From: Lachnospiraceae bacterium
GTDB lineage: Bacteria; Bacillota; Clostridia; Lachnospirales; Lachnospiraceae
Reading direction: 5' to 3'
Assembly: GCA_014804265.1 (NCBI GenBank)
Contig: JAAVAC010000021.1
Location: 700-64,699 of the forward strand
Length of the DNA stretch: 64,000 nt
A program made the position numbers and the translations under genes. Numbering within the stretch: position 1 is the stretch's first letter; every line of letters starts with the position of its first letter. The notes below the pieces were generated by a model. It made no database searches. It was not told where the DNA came from and worked only from the letters and a program-made list of their open reading frames with translations. Shown one piece after another: positions 9,141 through 18,396 of the stretch.

Positions 9141-10260
9141 ACGGGGGTTTCAGATTTAATGCATCGATATAGATCCCATCTGCAAGAACGATATGTAATT
9201 TCCCCGTCACATCAGATGCTGCAAAATCATCCTGTTTTTTCCACGGTTTGAGACGCTTTGCAGTATTTAAATAGTGGGAAGTTCCATGCCGGATAAATAG
9301 TTCCCCTTGCCATTTTGTAATATATTGTTCCACTTCATCCTGGGACAATTTTCTTGTTTGAAGCAGTCGTTCCCACTGGTTTGGATACGCATTCCAATTT
9401 TCATCTACAAAAGCACTGTTTCCATTTTTGAGAGCCTGTCCCTGAAGAGGTAAGGCAATCAGGTTTCCGATAGAATTGATTTCATCCTGGGATGGATACA
9501 TGCGGTCATAATAACGAAAGGATTTTAGATTAATGGTAGTTGCCCCTTTATCAAGAAGCAAAAAGCCAAAATTTCTCGCTGTTTCAGCCGAAATCGCTTT
9601 CCGGAAGAAAATCCATATATGTGCGCCTCTCCCTGAACGGGAACGCTCTACAAGGGCATCAATCCCATTCTGACTGCATATTAAGCGGAGCGCATCCACC
9701 TCATCATGCCAGGCCCCATCCTCATTTGCGAAATCCTTCTTTTCCGCATCCTTTTCATGATTATCAAAATCGAATACCAGAAACCTGCAGGTTCCATCCA
9801 AAAGCAGCGGATATACGCCTATCACATCCGTCCTATCCTCTCGGTAACCAACCAGATGGTTCACAAGAATATCTGGTGTCAGCTTCATCCAGCTTTTAGA
9901 TTCACAATCTTCACAATACCTCTTTTCACCCTTTTGCTTCGGGCACAGCGCATGATTCCAGCGGTTATTGCATTGTGGATAATAATTGCCGTTTTTAGCT
10001 CTCCTTGCAAATACATCCTCCCTTCCCCAGAACATAGAAAAAAATCGGGTCGCCACATTTTTGTCAATATACTGCTGAACAATTCTGGCACCCTGGTCTA
10101 ATTCATATTCCTCTGCCCTGAAAGGAGTATCTTGAAATACTTCACTGGCAGCATATGGTATATTTTCTTTTTTAAGAAGTTCCCTGAGTTCTTTGTTTTC
10201 TCTTTGTAACTCTCTGACTATTTTCCTAAGGGAGTCCAAATTATAAGATTCTATATTCAT
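9106..10260 (-). CDS. archaeo-eukaryotic primase (AEP / Prim-Pol) domain protein; N-terminal part of the same frameshifted gene
   Basis: AEP motifs are present: FLVFDFDNH (DxD), SGRGAHIWIFF (sGxGxH), YYDRMYPSQD...LIALPLQG. A Cys-rich segment (CNNRWNHALC...YCEDC) lies upstream. N-terminal coiled coil. Confidence 0.75.
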   Translation of the reverse strand: MNIESYNLDSLRKIVRELQRENKELRELLKKENIPYAASEVFQDTPFRAEEYELDQGARIVQQYIDKNVATRFFSMFWGREDVFARRAKNGNYYPQCNNRWNHALCPKQKGEKRYCEDCESKSWMKLTPDILVNHLVGYREDRTDVIGVYPLLLDGTCRFLVFDFDNHEKDAEKKDFANEDGAWHDEVDALRLICSQNGIDALVERSRSGRGAHIWIFFRKAISAETARNFGFLLLDKGATTINLKSFRYYDRMYPSQDEINSIGNLIALPLQGQALKNGNSAFVDENWNAYPNQWERLLQTRKLSQDEVEQYITKWQGELFIRHGTSHYLNTAKRLKPWKKQDDFAASDVTGKLHIVLADGIYIDALNLKPPFAKSDTLYGHV

Positions 10261-10701
10261 TTACATCTCCATCCACTGTACAAATGCCGTCTTATCAGAA
10301 CTATTATACCCGGCATTCCTATAAAAATTTAAAGTTTCCTCTTCTTTCGATCCGGTGAGCAGCATCATTTTATAGCAGTTATTGCTCTCTGCAATCTGCC
10401 TCGCATAATTTAAGCACGCAGTAGCATAACCTTTCTTACGATAGTCCTTATGGGTCACCACATTCTCGATAAATGCATATGGCCTCACATTCCTTGTTAA
10501 ATTCGGTATTATCACGCAGACACAGGAGGCCACGATTTTGCCCTCCGCTTCGCAAACGATAAGATGATGGTTTTCGTCTCCAATAATATAATTCCAAGTC
10601 TTATTTAATCGCTCCGACTCTTCTGGTACACTTGTTTCATGAAGACACAAATATAGCTGTAAAATTTCTTTCAAATCATTTTTATCCGCTTCTCTAATCA
10701 T
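10261..10701 (-). CDS. GNAT family N-acetyltransferase
   Basis: 146 aa. The acetyl-CoA binding pattern VVTHKDYRKKGYATACL is typical of GNATs. Its stop codon directly abuts the ATG of the AEP gene. Confidence 0.85.
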   Translation of the reverse strand: MIREADKNDLKEILQLYLCLHETSVPEESERLNKTWNYIIGDENHHLIVCEAEGKIVASCVCVIIPNLTRNVRPYAFIENVVTHKDYRKKGYATACLNYARQIAESNNCYKMMLLTGSKEEETLNFYRNAGYNSSDKTAFVQWMEM

Positions 10702-10808
10702 AATAACCCCCGCAATTCGTTTTTCATTTTTTATTCACATTGTTATTATCAACTCTGCTCGACTTAACAAGATCATTTTCCCTTATATCCACTGCTTCAA
10801 GAAATCAC

Positions 10809-11096
10809 CTACAGCTTCTTCGTAAAGCAAATAATCCTATTTACCTCTTCAAATCCCACATGTAAATGAAATCTCAAACTATCTTCATTCATTATCTCAC
10901 AATCACTTGCAAATTCTCCACACCCTTGTTCCTGTGCCCATTTCTGACAGTTCTTTAACAATTCTTTTGCAATCCCCCTTTTTCTATATTTTTCCATTAC
11001 AAAGATACCCTCCAGGTAGCCTACCGGACTGCTGTCTGTGCCTTCTACATAGTCATGCCGCAATCCGCATGCATTCTCTAACATTCCCACCTGCAT
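10809..11096 (-). pseudogene. truncated AAC(6')-I-like aminoglycoside N-acetyltransferase (C-terminal ~2/3 only)
   Basis: RHDYVEGTDSSPVGYLEGIFVMEKYRKRGIAKELL...EFASDCEIMNEDSLRFHLHVGFEE fits my memory of AAC(6')-I C-terminal halves. The N-terminal ~50 aa have no room because the upstream MGMT gene overlaps the ORF start. Confidence 0.5.
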
Positions 11097-11386
11097 TTTT
11101 TCATATCCACATGGGTATCATCCTTCCATGCCACACCCTCCTCAAGCAGCAAAGCCTTTTGCTCATAAAAATGGGGCGCCAGCCTTCCTGCATGATTCAC
11201 AACACGATGGCAGGGATATTCTCCATAATATTCCGCCATGCTAAGGACTCTGCCCACAAGCCTTGCGTTTTTATCCCTTCCAATCAGCTTTGCTATCTGC
11301 CCATAGGAAGCAACCTTTCCTTCCGGTATTTCTTCCACTACCGATAGTATTTCGTAAATCAATTCTTCTGTAAGAATCCCAGACAT
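11078..11386 (-). CDS. MGMT family protein (short, DNA-binding/active-site domain only)
   Basis: About 102 aa from MSGILTEE. VASYGQIA and PCHRVV motifs of the O6-alkylguanine transferase C-terminal domain. Confidence 0.75.
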   Translation of the reverse strand: MSGILTEELIYEILSVVEEIPEGKVASYGQIAKLIGRDKNARLVGRVLSMAEYYGEYPCHRVVNHAGRLAPHFYEQKALLLEEGVAWKDDTHVDMKKCRWEC

Positions 11387-11402
11387 ATTCCCACTCCTTA
11401 CC

Positions 11403-11936
11403 TTATAAAGCTGTTCCCCGGACAGGAATAAAAAAGGCTGACATATCCACTTTCTCCATGGAAAGAAGCTGCACCTTCTTATCAATCCCGCCCGCATAGC
11501 CCGTCAGGCTTCCGCCCGCTCCAACGACTCTATGGCATGGTATGATCAGAGAAATAGCATTGTGCCCCACCGCAGAGCCCACTGCCTGGGCAGACATTTT
11601 TTTAAGACCCTTTTTCTTTGCAATTTTCTCTGCAATTTCTCCGTAAGTCATTGTCTTTCCAAAAGGAATCTGAAGCAGGATTTCCCACACGGCTTTCCGG
11701 AAAGGCGTTGTTTTCATAACCAACGGCGGGATAAAACCCAGGTCTCTTCCACAGAAATAAATATCCAGCCATTGGCGTGCCTGTTCAAAAACCGGCAGCT
11801 CCTTTTGCTCACAGCCCTCTGCTAAAGTGGCACCAAAATATTTCTGTCCGTCGAACCATAGGCCTGTCAAGGCCTCCCCGTCGCTGGCAAGAGTAATCCC
11901 TCCAAGGGGTGAGTCATAGTGATTTGTATATTCCAT
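11403..11936 (-). CDS. ogt: methylated-DNA--protein-cysteine methyltransferase
   Basis: 177 aa. Full two-domain layout with the IIPCHRVVGAGGSLTGYAGG active site. Confidence 0.85.
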   Translation of the reverse strand: MEYTNHYDSPLGGITLASDGEALTGLWFDGQKYFGATLAEGCEQKELPVFEQARQWLDIYFCGRDLGFIPPLVMKTTPFRKAVWEILLQIPFGKTMTYGEIAEKIAKKKGLKKMSAQAVGSAVGHNAISLIIPCHRVVGAGGSLTGYAGGIDKKVQLLSMEKVDMSAFFIPVRGTAL

Positions 11937-11995
11937 TGCCGAACCTCCAAATATATATCTATGTACAATCTATACATATCTGTTATTCCTGACTA

Positions 11996-12700
11996 TTATT
12001 CCTTACTGTTATCTTTGCCTTCCTGTCCATGCCCCAGCATACCACCCTGCTTCACAGTGAATTTCCCCCGCATGGCAAGCAGCGCTTCCACCTGTCCCTC
12101 TGACAAAAGATTCTGCTTTCCCAAAATCTTATCTGTAATCAGCAAAATGTTAGCATAATACTCCATGGACTCCAGCCGGTAATAAGCCGTATACGCATCA
12201 CTTCCCCATGTGACCGCCCCGTGATTTGCAAGGAGAATACCGTTATGGGTATGGAGATAAGGTGCAATGGCTTCCGGCACCTCTTTACTGCCAAGCTCTG
12301 CATAGGGCGCTACTGGCACATCCCCCAGGGTAATAATGGCTTCTGCCAGCACCGGCGCATTCAGCGGTATTCCCGCAACGGCAAAGCAGGTACAAATGGG
12401 CGGGTGGGCATGACACACAGACAGAATATCCGGATTGTCCCGATAGGCGCGCAAATGCATCTTCAGCTCGGAAGAAGGCCGATTGCTTCCCTCTAACACG
12501 TTGCCGTCCAAATCCACCTTTACCAGCATTTTTTTCTTCATAAAGCCCTTTGATACACCGGTAGGCGTGGCCCACACTTCATTATCTCCTGTCCGAACGG
12601 AAATATTTCCATCGTTAGCAGCCACAAACCCTCGCACATACATGCGCTGCCCAATATCAATGATTGCTTTCTTTGCCTGCTTCTCTGTCATATAGTCCAT
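11996..12700 (-). CDS. class II aldolase/adducin family protein (candidate methylthioribulose-1-P / 5-deoxyribulose-1-P aldolase)
   Basis: Class II aldolase N-terminus pattern GFVAANDGNISVR and His-rich metal site CHAHP. Start set at MDYMTEKQ after AAAGGTGGA. Lies directly downstream of mtnA. Confidence 0.75.
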   Translation of the reverse strand: MDYMTEKQAKKAIIDIGQRMYVRGFVAANDGNISVRTGDNEVWATPTGVSKGFMKKKMLVKVDLDGNVLEGSNRPSSELKMHLRAYRDNPDILSVCHAHPPICTCFAVAGIPLNAPVLAEAIITLGDVPVAPYAELGSKEVPEAIAPYLHTHNGILLANHGAVTWGSDAYTAYYRLESMEYYANILLITDKILGKQNLLSEGQVEALLAMRGKFTVKQGGMLGHGQEGKDNSKE

Positions 12701-12807
12701 GTTGATCCACCTTTTCGTTACCCGTTTTTCTTTTTCTATTTCAAAAAATTGTGTTATTACACTTTTTTTATTGCTAAAAATTTCCATCTCCACCGGAAGC
12801 CTCCCCG

Positions 12808-13896
12808 TTAAATCCTGTCTGCCGCCTGCTTCTTACGGAAAATCTCTTTGAGCGACTCCGTATAAGGCGCTCTGGCAATCCCATATTCCGTGACGATACC
12901 TGCAATCAAATCATGGTCTGTCACATCAAAGGCCGGATTATATACCTTGATTCCTTCCGGTGCCATCCTCTTTTCATACCACATATCCGTCACCTCATGC
13001 TGGGGACGCTGCTCAATTGTAATTTCTGCTCCCGTTGGTGTCTCCAGGTCAATTGTGGAGGTAGGGGCACAAACATAGACAGGTACGTGATAACGGGCTG
13101 CCACGGCTGCTACCACCGAAGTTCCGATCTTGTTGGCAGTGTCACCGTTTGCCGCCACCCGGTCACAGCCTACGAACACTGCATTTACCCATCCGTTTCT
13201 CATAACTGCCCCAGACATGTTATCACAAATCAAAGTCACATCCACACCGGAGGCTGACAACTCATAAGCCGTCAGTCTTGCTCCCTGCAGAAGGGGCCTT
13301 GTTTCATCCGCAAAGACACGGAAATGATATCCCCTCTCCTGTCCCAGATAAATGGGTGCCGTGGCAGTTCCGTACTTACAGGTAGCAAGCTGTCCCGCAT
13401 TGCAGTGGGTTAAAATGCCGTCCCCTTCCTTTACCAGAGTCAGTCCGTATTCCCCAATAGCTTTACAGACACGAATATCCTCTTCCTTCATGGCGATGGC
13501 TTCTTTCTTTAATGCTTCTTTAATCTGTGCAACGGGCTTTTGGGCATTTTCCACACAAACCTGCTCCATCCTATTTAATGCCCAGGACAGGTTCACCGCC
13601 GTAGGTCTTGCCGAATTCAGGTATTCCTTCTGACGGCCGAATTCCTTGTAAAAAACCTCATAATCTTCCGTATCCACCTGTTTTGCAAGCAGATAAATCC
13701 CAAAGGCCGCTGCAATGCCGATAGCCGGCGCTCCCCGGACCTTCAGCAGATAAATGGCATTCCAGATTTCCTCTCCCGTCTGCAGGGATATGATTTCCGC
13801 TTTTCCCGGAAGCTTTGTCTGGTCAAGCAGCTTCAGTGCGCTGTTTTCATCATCCAGTTCTACTGTTTCATATTCCATAATGCTTTTATCGCTCAT
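12808..13896 (-). CDS. mtnA: S-methyl-5-thioribose-1-phosphate isomerase
   Basis: eIF-2B/MtnA family blocks (VRGAPAIGIAAAFG, THCNAGQLAT, VGCDRVAANGDTANKIGT). Start at MSDKSIMEY after AAGGAGA. Confidence 0.85.
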   Translation of the reverse strand: MSDKSIMEYETVELDDENSALKLLDQTKLPGKAEIISLQTGEEIWNAIYLLKVRGAPAIGIAAAFGIYLLAKQVDTEDYEVFYKEFGRQKEYLNSARPTAVNLSWALNRMEQVCVENAQKPVAQIKEALKKEAIAMKEEDIRVCKAIGEYGLTLVKEGDGILTHCNAGQLATCKYGTATAPIYLGQERGYHFRVFADETRPLLQGARLTAYELSASGVDVTLICDNMSGAVMRNGWVNAVFVGCDRVAANGDTANKIGTSVVAAVAARYHVPVYVCAPTSTIDLETPTGAEITIEQRPQHEVTDMWYEKRMAPEGIKVYNPAFDVTDHDLIAGIVTEYGIARAPYTESLKEIFRKKQAADRI

Positions 13897-13931
13897 GTTG
13901 TTCTCCTTGCTATTGTAATTGTTCTTAAAAG

Positions 13932-14549
13932 TTATATTAGCATTTTTCTGTTGGTATCGTCTAGGAATAGTTTGGTGGCTTTTTCCATAACCTCCCGATA
14001 CCGGAAACATCCCTCCTGATGGTCATTGATGATTCCACATGCCTGCAGGTGGGAATACACAGTAATGGAACCCAGGTATTTGAATCCCCTCTTTTTTAAA
14101 TCTCTGCTTATCCTGTCCGAAAGGTCATTCTTTGCCGGAAGGTTCCCATTTTGATGCTCCATATACAAAATTGTTTTTCCCTTTGAAAATCCCCATAAAT
14201 AATCACTGAACGTACCAAATTCCTCCCGTACATTCAAAAAGCACCTTGCATTGTGGATAACCGCCTCAACCTTCCTCCGTGACCGGATCATCCCTTCTGT
14301 TTCCATGATCCGCTGGATATCCTCTTCTTTGTAAGCTGCCACCTTCTGATAGTCAAATCCATCAAAACACTTCCGGAATATCTCCCTTTTTTGTATCATC
14401 ATGTTCCAGTTCAAACCGCACTGCATGACTTCCATCATCAAAAATTCAAACTGTTTTCGATCCTCATGCAAAGGAACTCCCCATTCCTCATCATGGTATT
14501 TTATCATCTTTTCATTACACAGACACCACGCACACCGTTCCATTTCCAA
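13932..14549 (-). CDS. tag: DNA-3-methyladenine glycosylase I
   Basis: The CAWC...YHDEEWGVP...FEFLMMEVMQCGLNW pattern is typical of Tag. Confidence 0.85.
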   Translation of the reverse strand: MEMERCAWCLCNEKMIKYHDEEWGVPLHEDRKQFEFLMMEVMQCGLNWNMMIQKREIFRKCFDGFDYQKVAAYKEEDIQRIMETEGMIRSRRKVEAVIHNARCFLNVREEFGTFSDYLWGFSKGKTILYMEHQNGNLPAKNDLSDRISRDLKKRGFKYLGSITVYSHLQACGIINDHQEGCFRYREVMEKATKLFLDDTNRKMLI

Positions 14550-14575
14550 CCTCCCTGCAACAATTTTTCCGTATG

Positions 14576-15067
14576 CTATTTGTTATCTTTCTCCATGACA
14601 TAATTCGTCAGGGAAATTCCTCCTCTGATAACCTGCTGTTCTTTCCTTATTTCATATCCTCTGGACATAAAAAACGGTTTTGCCGTAACGGAAGCATATA
14701 CCGTTATTTTGTCCACATCTACCACCTTTTCCAACTCCTTACAGATAGCAGTGGCAATTCCCTGGTTTTGATAATCCTTGTGGACATACAGTCTGTCAAG
14801 ATATCCTGTTGTATCAATGTCACCAAATCCAACGATTCTATTATCCTTAACAGCAACGATCGTATCATGTTCTGAGAAAGTCCTGTTCCATTCTTCCAAA
14901 TCCACACTGCCGGATGCCCATGCGTCCAACTGCTCCTTTGTATAATCCTTGGCATTTACAGTATGGACAGTGTGGTAAAACAGCTCTGCTAAATACTCAC
15001 AATCTGATGGTGCATATTTTCTAATGACCAATCTCTTTTCCCTCCTGTCTTTTATACAGATTGTCAA
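14576..15067 (-). CDS. GNAT family N-acetyltransferase
   Basis: 163 aa. LYVHKDYQNQGIATAICKELE acetyl-CoA motif. Confidence 0.8.
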   Translation of the reverse strand: MTICIKDRREKRLVIRKYAPSDCEYLAELFYHTVHTVNAKDYTKEQLDAWASGSVDLEEWNRTFSEHDTIVAVKDNRIVGFGDIDTTGYLDRLYVHKDYQNQGIATAICKELEKVVDVDKITVYASVTAKPFFMSRGYEIRKEQQVIRGGISLTNYVMEKDNK

Positions 15068-15310
15068 TCAAATAACCACCCTACCCTTCCGGTTATAGAT
15101 AGCGTATCGTTCTTGATTCTGCATGTCAAGCAGTTTGTATGGAGGTGCAACCCTGCGACACAACAATATCTGTCAAAGCACCCTTCTCCTTTCTCTGCAT
15201 CCCCTCCTCAGTTTTCTTTACATGAAAAACTCCCTCTAGACAATTCCTCCATTTTTTCATAAAATAATCTCAAAACAAGACAAAAAATCATATTTAAGGG
15301 GACAAAAGAA

Positions 15311-17308
15311 ATGAAGAGTTTAAAAGGACGTTTAGTAAGCATTACCTGTATCATCATGCTGCTCTGTCTGGCACTGACAGCTTCTATCAGCTATGGCATT
15401 GCTTCCAGGCAGATACAGACAGAATCCGTGGACCGATACAGCCTCTTAACAGAAATGACCTCCTCCAAGATTAATGCCTGGCTTGCAGAGCAGGCCCAGC
15501 TTGTGACCAATCAGAAAAATGCCATGGAAATCACCGGCAATTATGACATTGACTATCTGATTTCCTATCTGACACCTATCGTGGAGGATTACAATCCGGA
15601 TGGCTACATCTATGATCTATATTTTACTTCTACGGATAACCAAATGGCTTCCGGCTCCGGCTATGTGCCTGACGGAACAACCGATTTTACAAAAAGGGAC
15701 TGGTATGTGGGCGCCTGTGAGACGGACGGCCTGTACTTTTCCACTCCTTACCGGGACACAGACTCAGGCAAGATCGTCATTACCATTTCCACTAAAGTCA
15801 TGAATGGCGACACCCTTATGGGCGTGCTTGCCACGGATATTTTTGTAGATACCCTGATTGAAATCGTAAACGGACAGCAAACTGTGGAAAACAGTTATCT
15901 GTTTATCGTGGACAGCAAAAACGGCATTGTGAATCATCCAAATGAAGCCTATGGATATGTAGAGGATGAACCGATTTCCCTAAATGATGTGGAAAGCAAT
16001 CTTTATGACAGCTTGATTGTGTTTATTGACAGTGAAAAAAGGACCCCCGTATCCATCAAAGACTATGATGGGACTTCCAGAAGCTTTTTTACCCATAGTG
16101 TGGACAGCTGTGGGTGGCATGTAGTTGCTGCTATCAGCAATCAGGTCATAAATCAGTCCCGCAGCTCCATTATGATGGGATTTCTGATTGCCCTGGTTAT
16201 TTCCATTGTACTTGGAGTTTCCATTACGATAGTGATGGCTTCCAGAATCGTTAAGCCGATTTCCCTCTTGTCTGCTAAAATCGCCTCGGGAGATTTCTCA
16301 AAGGATGTTCCCGTGACAAGCCGTGATGAGATTGGTGCTTTGGCCCAAGGCTTCAACGTACTTATGCAAAAAATGCGGGCTTTGCTCGAAATAACTATAA
16401 ACAGTGTAGAAAGCATCCAATCCTTTGCCAAGGACTTAAATCAGGTAGCTGACCAGCTTGTAACAAATGCCGGAAAAGTAAATACAGAAATGGAATCCAT
16501 TACAGGTGCCATGGAAGTTCAATTCAGCAGTGTGGAACAGGGAAAGGTTCAGCTTACCAAGTTTGATGAACATATTAAAGCCTTTAACGAAAGCTACCGC
16601 AGCATGGAACAGACCATCGAAGACGTGCTTGGCAAATTAAATGATTCCGTTGTAGTAGCAAAAAATTTAGAGACCTCCACAAAGGACTCCAAGGAAAATA
16701 TGCAGGCAATTTTTCAGGATATCCGGGAACTGGAAAAACTGTCGGAAAGCATTACGGAAATCGTATCCACCATCAGCAGCATTTCCGGACAGACTAATCT
16801 GCTGGCATTGAACGCTTCCATCGAAGCGGCAAGAGCCGGAGAGGTTGGAAGAGGCTTTGCCGTGGTTGCAGAGGAAATCCGGGTACTATCGGAACAGACC
16901 TCTACTGCCACCACCAATATTTCAGAGCTGATTTCCAATATCCGAAACCGTATCAGCCAGACAGTTTCCTCTATTAACGTTTCCACGGAATCCTTTGCCA
17001 ATAATACGGAAAATTCCCAAATGGTTCTTTCCGTATTCACTCAGTTGAAGGACTGTCTGGAAAACATCGGCAGGATAAACCAGACCCTTTCTTCCGCCAT
17101 GACTGTTTTCATTGACAGCAAGGAGCATATCAACCAGTCCTTTGGCAAGATTGATGACAATGTCCAGACCTGTCTTTCCTCCACTACTGATGCAAAAACG
17201 CTGTCAAAGGAACAGGCAGACTGGGTAGGCAGTCTGGAAGCCCAATCCACCACGCTCAAAGAGCTTGCCGGACAATTAAAAGAAAGCACCCGGCCCTTTA
17301 CCGTTTAA
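15311..17308 (+). CDS. methyl-accepting chemotaxis protein (Cache-type sensor, HAMP, MA domain)
   Basis: 665 aa. Two TM segments flank a periplasmic sensor. HAMP segment ([26 protein letters not shown]). The highly conserved signalling hairpin [33 protein letters not shown] is present. Confidence 0.9.
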   Translation: MKSLKGRLVSITCIIMLLCLALTASISYGIASRQIQTESVDRYSLLTEMTSSKINAWLAEQAQLVTNQKNAMEITGNYDIDYLISYLTPIVEDYNPDGYIYDLYFTSTDNQMASGSGYVPDGTTDFTKRDWYVGACETDGLYFSTPYRDTDSGKIVITISTKVMNGDTLMGVLATDIFVDTLIEIVNGQQTVENSYLFIVDSKNGIVNHPNEAYGYVEDEPISLNDVESNLYDSLIVFIDSEKRTPVSIKDYDGTSRSFFTHSVDSCGWHVVAAISNQVINQSRSSIMMGFLIALVISIVLGVSITIVMASRIVKPISLLSAKIASGDFSKDVPVTSRDEIGALAQGFNVLMQKMRALLEITINSVESIQSFAKDLNQVADQLVTNAGKVNTEMESITGAMEVQFSSVEQGKVQLTKFDEHIKAFNESYRSMEQTIEDVLGKLNDSVVVAKNLETSTKDSKENMQAIFQDIRELEKLSESITEIVSTISSISGQTNLLALNASIEAARAGEVGRGFAVVAEEIRVLSEQTSTATTNISELISNIRNRISQTVSSINVSTESFANNTENSQMVLSVFTQLKDCLENIGRINQTLSSAMTVFIDSKEHINQSFGKIDDNVQTCLSSTTDAKTLSKEQADWVGSLEAQSTTLKELAGQLKESTRPFTV

Positions 17309-17321
17309 CCGATTATCCAAA

Positions 17322-17368
17322 ATCCGGAGCAGTAAGCTTTTTTCAAGCCTGCCGCTCCGGATTTTTTC
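17322..17368. terminator. bidirectional intrinsic terminator between the MCP gene and the ABC ATPase gene
   Basis: atccggagc (17322-17330) pairs with gctccggat (17354-17362). The hairpin is followed by a T-run on plus and preceded by an A-run (a T-run on minus). Confidence 0.6.
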
Positions 17369-17369
17369 T

Positions 17370-18245
17370 TTACCCAGTCATATAAATATACGCATCCTCT
17401 AACCCCGCCCCTATAGGGCTGCAGGATAATCCGGGCTTTTTTTCACTGATAATCCTAAGCTGCAGCCCTCTTTCCGTATAAATCTTGGAGGATATCCGAT
17501 ACTCTTTCATCAACTCACCTGCCTCTTCCTCCTTAATCCCCTCACAAAGCCATACATGGCCTTTTGCTTTCTCCATGAGCTTTTTCATTTCTCCCTCATA
17601 AACCATCCTTCCCTTTTTCATGATGGCAAGCTGATTGCAGGTTGCAGCCAGATCCTCCACCACATGGGTGGAAAACAGCACGATCCTTTCCCTGGAAAAA
17701 TCCACCAAAAGATTTCGTATCCGGATTCTCTCCTCCGGGTCTAATCCGGTAGTGGGCTCATCGATGACAAGTACCTGTGGGTCGTGCAAAAGGGCCTGAA
17801 TCAGCCCTACCCGTCTTTTCATTCCTCCGGAAAGCTGTCTGTTCTTTTTATTCCGGTGTTCGCTAAGACTTGTTTTCTCCAGATAATAATCCAGCCGTTC
17901 CCTGCACTGTGCCTTTGACATACCAGCAAGCCCTCCCATATATTCCAACGTCTCCCTGACGGTCAGGTTGGGATAGAGCCCAAGCTCCTGAGGCAGATAT
18001 CCTATTTCCCTCCGGATTTTCTCATAGCTTTCTTCCTTATATTCCATGTCATTTAACAATACCGTCCCTTCCCTGGGCTTTAACAAAGTGGTAAGCACCC
18101 TCATCAATGTGGTCTTCCCTGCACCGTTTTCTCCAAGCAGTCCATAAATGCCCTTTTCGATTTGAAAGCTTACATGATCCACCGCCCTTGTTCCATTTTG
18201 AAATGTTACTGTAATATCTCTTCCTTTTATTGCCATATCCGTCAC
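17370..18245 (-). CDS. ABC transporter ATP-binding protein
   Basis: Walker A GENGAGKTT, signature LSGGMKRR, Walker B VLVIDEP. Confidence 0.9.
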   Translation of the reverse strand: MTDMAIKGRDITVTFQNGTRAVDHVSFQIEKGIYGLLGENGAGKTTLMRVLTTLLKPREGTVLLNDMEYKEESYEKIRREIGYLPQELGLYPNLTVRETLEYMGGLAGMSKAQCRERLDYYLEKTSLSEHRNKKNRQLSGGMKRRVGLIQALLHDPQVLVIDEPTTGLDPEERIRIRNLLVDFSRERIVLFSTHVVEDLAATCNQLAIMKKGRMVYEGEMKKLMEKAKGHVWLCEGIKEEEAGELMKEYRISSKIYTERGLQLRIISEKKPGLSCSPIGAGLEDAYIYMTG

Positions 18246-18396
18246 CCTGCTTTCTGTTTCTTTTCATTTCTCACTTTCGATTATTGGATGGTATTCCTCT
18301 TAATCCATTTCTGACTTCTGATTACATGATGATATCTCTCATAATTGTTTTCTCATTTCCGCTTGCACGATGATGCCCTTCATGCTTCCTGTTTTC

